From Ascidiella aspersa (Eukaryota), in the NCBI GenBank assembly GCA_963924565.1, contig OZ004610.1, positions 11,470,001-11,534,000 on the forward strand: a stretch of 64,000 nucleotides of DNA, read 5' to 3'. The first letter of the stretch is position 1. The number at the start of each line of letters is the position of its first letter. Positions 52,960-64,000 of this stretch are shown piece after piece. The position numbers were made by a program, and so were the translations under genes. Below the pieces are notes generated by a model that worked only from the letters and a program-made list of their open reading frames with translations, had not been told where the DNA came from and searched no databases.

Positions 52960-54930
52960 TCATATATAGGCTACAATCAATATATTTACTGTCACTGCGT
53001 ACCTGGTTTAAGAAAATGAATTTCACTAGAATATTTTAATTTTTAAAACAGCCAAAAAAATAACGATCCCATAGTTCTCGCCGCAGATTCTAGTTCAAAT
53101 TATTGTGGTAACGGAAGAATATAACTTGAAGCGCAGTCGCGATAATATTAAACTTGTGTTAAATTCCGTATAAGGCCTGAAATCTGCTTGCATAATGTAC
53201 GGTGTGCCATATTTTGAGAACCGATGCTTTATAAAAGGTACGTGTTTACAAAAAATAAACCATAGCGTTAATTTTGAATTAAAATTTGCATTCGCATTAG
53301 GGCGAGTGTCTATTAATCAGCACTCGCCTAGACGAAATAAAAAGATCAAAAATTCGGTAAGCCATTTGCAAATTTGCTACCCATACCGAATTATTTTTCA
53401 CCAACTAATTTAACCTGAATATTTCAAAACATTGTGATTTCGTCGATTCTCGTTAAAAATAAAATCTTATCCTATCCTATCCTGATTTCTAGTTCGAAAC
53501 GTTAACGTATAGTTCTTGTATATAGTCTCAATTTTTAATCGAACTGTTGTGTACTTTTTGCCATGTCTAATGAGCCTGTTTAGTTCGATTTTACTTTATG
53601 TATAGTTAAATACCTTTTCATTCGTGGGATAGTTGGTCGCAGTTCAACAAAATGAGGCCAGTAGGTCTGATAACAACAACTTACTTACGATAAAGGCACT
53701 TATTAACAGTCGAGTTGGTGTCAAACACCACTCGCATATTCAAGCAAACGAGCGCAAAATCCAAACCCAGTATATACCGGTATTTCTATGAAGCTACTCC
53801 TGAAGGACGCGCTTTTTGAATGCTTGTTCTTCTCACTATTGGAAGCGTCGTCACATAATTAAAGTTTTGCGTCAAACTTCCTGGAAGTTCTGTGCACTTC
53901 AAAGCAAATCCGTTATTGACGGTTAATGGTCGTTGTGTATACAAAGGCTGCAGATCAGTAGCGAATAACATTAGACTGTTGACTTCCATAAAACAGCCTA
54001 GATGTTAAGTTTAAAATAACTAATTATATATTGTACCAACAGTCTGTCCTTGATAGAAGTTTGCAGTTACGATTGGGAGTTTTTTAATTCGTTTTTTGCA
54101 GAAAAAAATACTTGCCTATAGATTTCCGTTTACAAGAGATTTATTTCATGACAAATTAGCGCTAAATAAAACATACCATACTTCTAATTACTTTATTTTT
54201 TATAGTGAGTTCCATTATTAGTAGTATTAATCGTTTAACATCAGCAGGATTATAGGTCGCGGACTGGAAGAAAATAACCTAACCGACCTCAATTTAACCC
54301 GAGTCATTTGGTTTAGCCTACTGTAAAAAAAACTTGTCGTAGGCCACACGAAACCGGTTCAGAAAGATCCAGTTGAGGCTCTGTTTGACTTTCTAAAAAT
54401 CATTTGCAGAAACCGGTGGCGTACACTTGCAAAGGCAGCGTTACCTTAAAGCTTGGGCGGTTTTATCTATTGTTTGGAATACGGTGCTGTCAAGCTATGT
54501 CAACCATAGAATAATTACTGCGACTAAAACTACTTTTACACACTATAAAAAGCCGACATCAAGCAGGTCATTTTGCTACGGGGAAGTTTTACGGTGGCTA
54601 TACAGCTGCACGGCTGTTCTGCCTGTTTGTTTTGGTGTTTCGTAGGTCAAATAACAAGTCGTCCGACCAGCGGCTGAACCCGATTTTTACAATTTCAGGT
54701 GGGTCAATTAAAATATTGTTGCATATGTTTTTTTTTATCCTTTTTGCTTACCTTTATCATTCACCCATTTAGCTGCTGTTTGTTGTATTAATTGAGTTTA
54801 CCCATGCACACGAAAATGGTTTTAAGACAGATTATGCCTACGCCCACCCTATTTAACTATTTTTTACGATGTATTTTTTGCGAAATATTCAATACTAGCA
54901 ACAAATCCGAAGCTAGTGAAATTTCTAGAT

Positions 54931-55215
54931 GGCTGGTCTAGAATTCTATCACAGCATTCATTATTAAATCAAAGCACAATACTTGGGGGCTCTTTCTATT
55001 TCGTACATAGAAAATAGCTCAAAAAACGGTCTAGAAATATTGCATACCACAACGCACATTATTTGGGTTAGGGCGTTGATTAGCGTTTGGGTATGGGTGG
55101 GTTAGGTATTATTATATTTAATATTATTAATAATGCTGGACCCACTCAAACCCAAACGCTAACCCACAGCCTGACCCAAATAATGTTTGTAGTGGTAGGA
55201 TTCTGGACCAGCGCC
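54931..55215. mobile_element. GGCGCTGGTCTAGAATCC-family inverted-repeat element, longer copy
   Basis: Ends GGCTGGTCTAGAATTC and GGATTCTGGACCAGCGCC; internal inverted ATTATTTGGGT...ACCCAAATAAT. Confidence 0.75.
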
Positions 55216-55781
55216 AATTTCTGTTTAAACTGATTTTATTTTTGTGTTTCCTTGTGTTGTGCCACATGTAATTAATGTTGTTTTAATTTATTAACAAGAA
55301 ATCATACATGTTTAATTTTGTTAACATATGTAGATATCAATATTTTTTCAATTTTATTAACAAATGTATGTATCATTAAAAAACATTTTCTGGCTATGTA
55401 TTTAAATTGCCATAAGATCTGTTTTGATTTATACTATACCTGGCAGTAAAACCTTTTGTATAAATTTATGAATTTTTGGTATAGATAGTTTTTTATCATG
55501 TGTTCATAGAACTCTCATAGTTACTTATTTATGGTGTAGAATTATTAAATTGAAATTACAAATTAGAAATGATTAAACTGTATCTTTTCTGACACCTCCT
55601 AGACCCAAGACAAATAAAACAGAAAAGCAAAAATCTGCATATCCTTTACTACCTTCATCAGATTGAAGTTAATCTTCAATTTGAAATACATACAAAATAT
55701 ATATGATGTAGCCTGTTGCTTACATGATTTGAATATATCTTTATAGCTACAATTTACCTGTTGCAGTTGATATTAAACCAA

Positions 55782-57677
55782 ATGGATTCAAATCAAGGTG
55801 AAGAGCTACCAATAACATCCTTCTGCACACTTAATATAATAGTCATTGTGCAATATTTCCGCATAATTTGCATGAGATAATATGCTTCTTCATTGTACTT
55901 TACTTTTTTATTAGTTTCATATCTTCATCTTAATTTATTGTTTTCTGCTTTACCAGCTTGCAAGTTCAAACTTAAAGGAAAATTTATGAAAATAAAAACA
56001 CAAGGTTTACTATCCTTTTAAGTTACATGTGCAAGGGATTAATTTATGGTCATTAAATTTAAGTGTCAATTCATCACTTTATAAATTTGTATTTATATAT
56101 ATAAATATACATATTTATGAACAGTAAATTGCCAGCTTTAGCCTTGATTTATTTCAATCTTGAAAGAAAATAATAAAATATTTATAGTTTCTGGCTTGTT
56201 CATAATTTGATATTTAACTTCAATGCTTCAAAAATGTATTGATAATAATCATATTACTTCAGAAAAAATATAAATGGCTGTCTGGTATTACACTTAAATA
56301 AAAACTCAAATGAAACATCTTTACATAGAAATCTCATACAATATTTCAATAATTTGCAGATTCACCCCCCAATGTTGCCAAGGTGCAAAAATCGAAATGG
56401 AACATATTTCAGCGTGGTGCTAAAACCAAGTCAGAAACCAGTCTGAACACACTGGCTGATTCTGACTCAGTTGAATTACAAAGAGTGTCTTTTGCTGCTT
56501 CAATTAATGATCTTCCTGAAAGACCGTCAGCTTTTAAACAAGTAATTTGTTTTCTTTCAACATCATTGCTAAAAGTTTAAACAAAAATCTGTTGAGCCAC
56601 CAATGAAGTTAGGTAGAAAAAATCCTAACAAAAAAATTGACAAAATGCCATTCAGCAATTTTTATTGATTTTTTTATTTGTTACATTGTTACTTATCCTA
56701 TTTACTATAAAATATATATTGCTATATATTACCTTCTATTAATGAAACATATTTTAATATTTTTTGTTAGGTTTTGGGACAAATTGGTGCTTTGAAAAGT
56801 ATTCCAAAAGGTGGTTTAAAAATGAAAAGGGTGCAAAGTTTTAAACGAAATGGTAAAGACGGCAGATCCAATTCCCCTCAGGTTGGTGTACTTTGATATG
56901 TTAGAAATAGTAGTGACAACAATGAACTGTTAAGATAAGAATGTTTCAAAGATAATACTTGTTCTAAAATTTTATTGCAACACTTAAATAAATTAGGCAT
57001 GTAGCCTAATGATATAGTTTACAAGCAGTAATAAAACGCTTTTTTATTCAATAAAATGTGTAATTAAACGGATTGCATGCAGTTCTTCGTTTAAAGTAGG
57101 CTCTTATTACCTATACCATTAAACCAATTCTGTGTTGGGTAAAAACATTAAGCAGCTTACGTCGCTTGAACGCTTTGAGTTTCAATTAGGTGCCTGTGCT
57201 AAGCCCGAATCTGTTCTATTAATAAATTCGTTTTACTTGTTTGGGTGTTGGGCACTTGTGCGCTGGTATGTGTGGTGGCAGGACAGGCTTAACTACATAA
57301 AGACAATGCTTGTGTGGGTTGCCTGATGGAACGAATGTTTGCCAAATTTCAGGGTCGTCTGTCGGTGGGAAGTGCTTCAGCTGTCAACTTGGACAATGTT
57401 GGCCATGGAAGACCAAGGTTTGTTATCTTCATCTTGTTTATATCTTAGGAATTTGGAACAAATAGGGCAGAATTTTGTAATTTTTTTTGAAACGGTTATA
57501 TATAGTATTACCTAAAGTTGCAGCTTAAAATTTATGTTCGATCGTTCTTCGTTTAAAATTGGTCCGCCAGGTTTCGTAAAAGTTAATGCATTTCGTAGAT
57601 CGTCTTCTAATTCTTCCTTCAATGGAGCATTGCCGAACTTCAAGTTGTCTACACAATTGGTCGCGGAAGATCAAGCG
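55782..57677 (+). CDS. Uncharacterised Ser/Lys-rich protein, 5' coding exons; 3' end unresolved
   Basis: Exons 55782-55797, 56360-56541, 56771-56881, 57353-57417, 57599-57677 join in frame (MDSNQDSPPNVAKVQKSKWNIFQRG...KRVQSFKRNG...). Likely non-coding first exon ending near 54698. Next exon (57873-58151) is ambiguous. Confidence 0.6.
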
Positions 57678-58758
57678 GTAAATACTTAGTCGTACTGTTT
57701 AACCACCATTTTGTGAGGACAAACTGAACAAATAAGATTGGTGTTTGCTAAAGTTTGTGCATAAGGGTTGTAGATATGCTTAGTTGTTAAACTAAGTGAT
57801 ATGTTTGGCATATTCCAATCGATCAAGCAAAACCAATACACTAATTTATTTTCGACGCCTTTCAAACCCCAGCAAACTAGTTTATTGGTGGTTCGTCATA
57901 ATGGAACAGTATAATCGCTGCTTGCGAAAAGGTATAGCTCACACACCCTAACGGCAAGAAATTGAAAGCAACTACGACGACCTATAAGAGAAAAAATGTC
58001 GGCAAAAAACTTGAAAGGTCAACGGAAAATATTGACTTCTTCGCTAATGTCAAGAAGATACCCACGGAGAAGGTCTGTTCGATTTTATGCCGAAACTAGA
58101 CCGCTGTTATTGAGTTACTTCACGTTACAGGGAAACCTGAGCGAAAATTAGGCGATGGCGAAAGAATTTTTACCTCGTTCGCACCAGTCTGTTATTGACA
58201 TGGCACAGTAACGATCTGTCTCGAAGACCTTTGTCCGACAACCGCTAAAATTCTTGGATTGTTTTTTTCAGTTGTTTCCTGTGTTGTGTATTACCATAAT
58301 AAGGTTTTATACTATTTAATTTTGGTTTCTAATTGTATTTTTATATTCTAATTCTGCAAATCAGGTGGCACTGTTGACGCTTTGTATCTTCAATTCTTCA
58401 TACATACATTGTTTCGTCGATAAGCTCTCGCCTAACCGTGATTTATTTGATTAACCTCATTTTATTATTATTATTTAGTTTACACTTCATATTTCCTTAC
58501 GGGTCGGCCTTAATCAAAAAGCACTTTAACAATAGCGTACTATTTGTCTACAGTGTTTTCATTAGTAGTGTCTATTTAAGCGATAACTGTTGCATTCCCG
58601 CCTTTACTAAAGCGCGCTTCCAGCGGTGGAGCTGCAGAGCTGTGACATTGTTGTTGTCTGGCATATTGCCCGTACGCGTTAATCACATTCATCTAACGTC
58701 ATCAAGCCGCAGTACCATGCTTCTCAAACTGTGTTGCTAAAATCGTGTTGCATTAGTG

Positions 58759-59061
58759 CAGTGTTTCTCAGCCTTTTATGGCTAGCGGCACCCATCAGAA
58801 ATAATAAATAGATTGCGGCACCCCTACAAGATTTTTTCCGTAGGTAATTTACTAGAATAACAAACGGAACTGGAACAATACAAATTAACTCTGCACAACG
58901 TAGGAAGGTATAATCGGATTTATTCCACTCTAATATTCCACATAAAGTTATAAGAGTTGAGCAAAAATCAGATTTTTTAAGATTCTCAAATATCTCTCGG
59001 CAGCCTTGAGCATTAGAAATGACACTCAAAGGGTGCGCGCCTCCCCGATTGAGAACCACTG
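58759..59061. mobile_element. hAT MITE
   Basis: TIRs CAGTGTTTCTCA / TGAGAACCACTG; perfect TSD CATTAGTG. Confidence 0.88.
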
Positions 59062-60292
59062 CATTAGTGCCTTTGTGGTTTCTAACCGCTCCCAACACAT
59101 CAAACCCTGTCCATTTTTTCATTCCTTTAATTGTTAGAATCCTTACCCAAAGCCTTCCAAACCGGGCCTAATCTGCGTTTTGATTCTTTCTCTATTCCCC
59201 GTACCTCTTATTTGCGCCCGTAACTAAATAATCGAGGCGAACCCGTCCAATGCTTGTCAATGGTTATTCCCAGTTGTGTCGCGTGCTTATTGATCGCGCA
59301 GAGAAAAGAGAGAGGAAGCAAGGTCCCCATGCTGTGCATTCAAGGCTCGTGATAATGTTCTGCTGTGTTGATTATTTGTTTGAGGAAGTCGGCTGACTTG
59401 TACGTCGTATTGCCGGTGGCCTGTTGTTAGTTAAAGCGAGGCGGGAAGTTTTCGTTACAGTCGCAACTTGTCGGTTGTTTTTGGCATTCTGATAATGCTA
59501 AGGAGGTAAAACCCAACCAGATAAAGATTTCGTAAATATTTTTACCAGAAAACGTTTTTTACGTCGTGTCATACATGTTAAAATCTCAGCTGAAGTCCGT
59601 GTAAATTGTAATCAGTCAGATTTTTATTTTATCAATCAAAGTTCGCTACTCTAACTAATGGAAGATACTATTATTCCCTTTTTTAGATAGGTAATCCGTT
59701 TCGCGGGAGCAGGCAGAAACAAGCGGCCCGTAGTTCTGGTTTCTATTGGTAAATAATCCGCTGTTTTAAACTTAAATTTTGCGTCGACCTTGTAGTTACG
59801 TGCCACAACAGATTGATAGCAGTCCCATCAGATTTGGAGTATTTAAGTGCTTTTTTTGAGCAAATAATCAAGTCAAACCCAAAGAGTTTCTCTGACAAAA
59901 ACAAAGCGCTTTAGTTTCTTGCAGATAGCAATTGGTACATCACAGGCCGCTACAAATCATTACTATCAATTCAGAAACCGAGCTTCGACAGTGTTGGATT
60001 TTGACACAGTCACCGTTTTATTTAGGACATAATAACACGCACGACAACAGCGGTGTGACGCATGCCAGCTGGAAGCGTAGGCCTGATTAGCTGGCAGCCT
60101 ACAGGTGCCGACGCCCGCCTTGCATTCCATATCAGCCGTGTTTATTAGCAGCGCTCAGTCGCGCATCGGCTTTTTAACTAGCTTGTTACAGGTGCAGGGT
60201 TTCGCCAAATGAGGAATGTTGCTCGGTGGTTCTTTCGTTTGATTTCTTATTTGCGCTTGAATAATGTGTTTGTCTTGGGGGTTCGGGTAGAG

Positions 60293-61389
60293 CAGTGGTT
60301 CTCAACCTTTTTGTTCTCGCAACCCCTTTTGAGTTTTCGATAACTTTCGCGACCCCCCAATTATAGTGTGTGATACATAAACCTGAGTAAATAAAAACAC
60401 ATTCTAAAATTGGCAAAATTCGAATAGGAAAAAAAATCTAGACTAGGATTGCATCAAAATTTGGCTAACATGTGCTATTCACATTGCACAACGAGCTAAA
60501 GTTACGGTTTGAGCCAGCAGGGTTGTCAGATGATGGGTTAAATATTAGGACACTGTTGGTGTGAAATTTAGATATTTTAGGTCAAATAATATTAAGCATG
60601 TACCTAGAGCGAGACTAAAGAGAATCAATGGAGGTAACTGTTCTTGGTGAGCAGCCAAAATTCCTTACAAATTTACAAAAAAACGGTTAGTCGTTAACGG
60701 TAGTCGAATAATAAAGCTTTTTGTAAATTCTATTTCCTTTTGCTAAAACGACAACACCAAAATGTTATTACCGGAATTCTGTTGATGTTTTAGAAAAGGC
60801 TATGTAAAAGTTATGATACCGCTGACAAGTAGAAATGCTTTGCCTGTCACCTATTGTAAACCTAGCACAAATTTTATTGTAAGTTGGCCTAAATTTAACT
60901 TTGGTACTAAAGTGCCCTATACTTCACCTGACGCTTTTATGCTGCACAGAAAAATTGTCGAAATACGCCACATAATCGCGCGAAGCGAAAATTTTTTTGA
61001 TTTTTCGTTGGTAAAGTTGGTATAAACAATTTTGGAGGCCTCTTGAGCCCGTGGATTTACTTCATCCCACAAAGTTTCAAATAAATTCGGCCAAATAGAA
61101 CAGAAAGCTTACTGTCCTAATAATTTAAAAACCGCCGGACACAGCAGTTAAAGTTAAGACAATTTATCGTTTTTGGCCCGAATTTTGTAATTGTGACGTC
61201 ATAAACGCGACAGGTTCACTGCAGCAAAAGCCACACGAAGACAAATGTTAGACTGGCGTTGCCTTATTTGCATTCTATACTGCTAAACTTTTGGTTCATA
61301 TTGCTTGTTTCTTATGAAGTTTTTCTTTATCAAACACTACACGGCTACCCCCAGACAACCTCTTGCGACCCCCAGGTTGAGAACCACTG
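60293..61389. mobile_element. hAT non-autonomous element, 1.1 kb
   Basis: Perfect 16-bp TIR CAGTGGTTCTCAACCT; perfect TSD GGGTAGAG; subterminal GCGACCCC repeats; no transposase ORF. Confidence 0.92.
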
Positions 61390-62355
61390 GGGTAGAGGAA
61401 ATTCAACTGTCAGTTACATGTTACACTGTGCGTTTTAATCCTGTATGAATCGTAGTTGGACAGGACAACTGACGCAAGCCGAGTTGTTTGCTTTCTTGGA
61501 AAATAGTTGTGCATACAAAGTGTTTTAAGTTGAGCTTTCATGTCAAAGCCTGGAATTTGAACCCATCAGTCTGTTCGATCGAACCAGTTCTGTTTGCTCA
61601 GATTTGATGGAAAGTGCGAAATTTGGCGCCATCGATGTTTTTGCACATGTTTTGTGTCTCAGGTGGTAGAATGATGCTGTAGATACTAGTTGCGGATAGG
61701 GCATACTCGTAAACTGAACAATGCGTATTTTGGTCTAGTTTGAGAAACGCAACAGCACTTCGCACTTAAGTAAAATTTGGATTAAAGTAAAGCGCTCTAA
61801 AATAAAAAAATTATGAATGTGTCGATAAAAAAGATTTGAAGGTAAAGAAGGTTGGTGCATTTACAAAAAATACGACAAGTATGAAATGGTTCACCAAACA
61901 TGCGACAGTTTTATTTAAGTTCTTTGATATAATAACACTTTCGTGTGGTTGCTTGCATAAAACGCATCGTCCCTGACCCTGACCGCTCGCTCCGATTTGT
62001 CAAACGCATTCACAAAGGCCTAGAGCGTACAAACAAACAAGCCAACAGTAAGCGCGGCCTGACGTGAATACAGACTGTGAAGTTCCACGCGCGTGGCGCA
62101 GGCTGTGCAGCAAACCCCAGTGGCCGCATATCCGCTGCCTGTTCACTGCGGTTCGTGATTTGAATCTGCTATCTGCAGTCGGGCTTTTGTGTGTGTAAAC
62201 GAATTTGATCAGTTGGGATGCGAATTGTTTGTTGACTGTTAAGGCTAGTTGGCCTTTCATTGTTGGAGACTGCAAGCGTTCGGACTACAAGACAATTCGA
62301 GCCTAAGTGGATGAGCCTTAGTTTATGTTCAGAGCAGTTTTATATGTTTTTCGTT

Positions 62356-62599
62356 ATTTAATTTTGCTGAACAAGAGTTATGGGATTAAAAGTTCAGACA
62401 GCTCCAATAGGATTGTGCGCTGTAGTTTGATATATTTTTTGTCATTTAATTTTGCAGAACAAGAGTTATTGGATTAAAAGTTCAGACAGCTCCAATAGGA
62501 TTGTGCGCTGTAGTTTGATATATTTTTTGTCATTTAATTTTGCAGAACAAGAGTTATTGGATTAAGTTCAGGCAGCTCCAATAGGATTGTGCGCTGTAG
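62356..62599. repeat. Tandem repeat, 88-bp period, ~2.8 copies
   Basis: Units start at 62356, 62444 and 62532 and are nearly identical throughout. Confidence 0.92.
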
Positions 62600-64000
62600 G
62601 GTGAAACGCCATCTATTTGCAGTTCGCTATTGCTATATGTAAACATCTATATAACAGGAATTTGTATAGTGTTGGGCGCTCCATTAGTTAGTAGTGTAAA
62701 AAACGAGAGAGATCTTGTTGGTAGCTATAATTACGTGTGCATATCACCTTTATGGCTTGTTTCGCGCTGATCTAAATTGTAGTTCTCCTAATTTAAATAA
62801 TTTTAAAATGATGTTTAAAATGATGTTACGGCTTTGTTTACACCATTCATTTTCACTAAAAGGAATTCCACTTTTTACCGATACCTTATAATTACAAGTT
62901 GATTTCGAACGAGTAACATGATAAATTTTATTTTATACGAGTAATATGATAAATTTTATTTTCGTGTTAAGAAATAGTTGTTAACATACGAACGATGACG
63001 ACCCTGAAAAGTCGCGTTGATGTAACTTGATACAGACAAACGTTTTTCCCAGTATAGCGTAAAATGAGTTGAAATGCCCAGCCGAAACCTTATGTACGTA
63101 AAAACTGTCAGTATGCATTGTCATGTATAAACTGTCCTATACTATCTAGTCGCTGTAATTGTTTTCTGAATCCGAGTCAGTAAATATCGACGAACAACGT
63201 TGCAAGTCGTATAGTAACACCTCAAAGTTGATAAATTTATGACACTACTTCAAAAGCCCTTATGTTGTTATACAAATAGCAACAGTAAAAACCTAACCTT
63301 ACCTGTTTCTGTAAAAAAACTTTGCAAACCACAGTCAGACAAAACCCTATTTTGCAAAAAGTTTAAGTACTGTATACCGCGTTCAAAATGCCTAAGTAAT
63401 GATTTGGGCATGTTTCAACTGTTAGGACGTAAATTGCCGAAATCACCTTCTTCAATCAACCAGCGGTTTACGCACACAAGAGTTTAGTTCAGGTGTTTAC
63501 TCGTTATGTATGTGTGAATCGCAGCTTCTCGCCGTTTACGATTCGTCGTTGTGTTCCGCTACCCGTAGATTGAATCATCCTGTCATCTAACAGATGCAAC
63601 CCACCCCAACCCTATAGGTCAGTTATCGTGGCCAGCGAGTGTTTTATAAAAGTCGCCTGTAAAGCTGCAGCGGTTTGAAATATGTGCAACGCAGATTAGG
63701 CTTTAGAAGTATAGGGGAAGCTATTTAATAATTATTTGTAACTTGTGTATGAATCTATATGTCTAAAATGATAAGTCGAAATTGTTTTAGGCTTTTTTTG
63801 CTTCTTATCTCGTACTTTGCTCAAAAATATCGGTACGTTCAGGCAGTATAAGTTACATTAGGTTAAATTGAAAACTATGACAAAAGTCTGAGTCGCGAAG
63901 CATTTTTTCGTGATCCACCCGTCCGTGTCCGCCCTGCCTGCCTCCCTGCACATCCGCCGTCGCCCAGTCTTATTGCATATCGGCTCGATATTGACAGAAA

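Noticed and set aside
58724-61389. ORFs in hAT elements as transposase
   Set aside because: Short, with no recognisable BED finger, DDE or hAT dimerisation motif.
62356-62599. 88-bp repeat array as CRISPR
   Set aside because: Units are near-identical end to end with no unique spacers; no cas genes; eukaryotic context.

Overview
Eukaryotic, AT-rich, gene-dense animal DNA with short GT-AG introns; gene content and density suggest a tunicate (ascidian), which is inference. Hand splicing gives 12 protein-coding genes: intronless katanin p60 and NIF3L1; a PIGZ-like protein that has lost the conserved PIGZ motifs; ALKBH2; two tandem single-domain rhodaneses; a type II membrane protein with a Cys-rich cytosolic face and one EGF-like domain; a CUB-domain type I membrane protein; a tail-anchored sulfotransferase-family protein; an 18-exon SRCR/LDLa/PAN/trypsin mosaic protease (Tequila/neurotrypsin-like); and two orphans. 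About ten non-autonomous hAT elements with 8-bp target-site duplications and several other repeats lie between or inside genes. The most unusual structure is 2.5-8.8 kb: a candidate trans-spliced operon (katanin-NIF3L1-ALKBH2) interleaved with an antisense PIGZ-like gene. The PIGZ-like and ALKBH2 start codons are only 35 bp apart, leaving little room for promoters. No CRISPR, rRNA or tRNA was seen. All homology calls are from motif recall; no searches were run.
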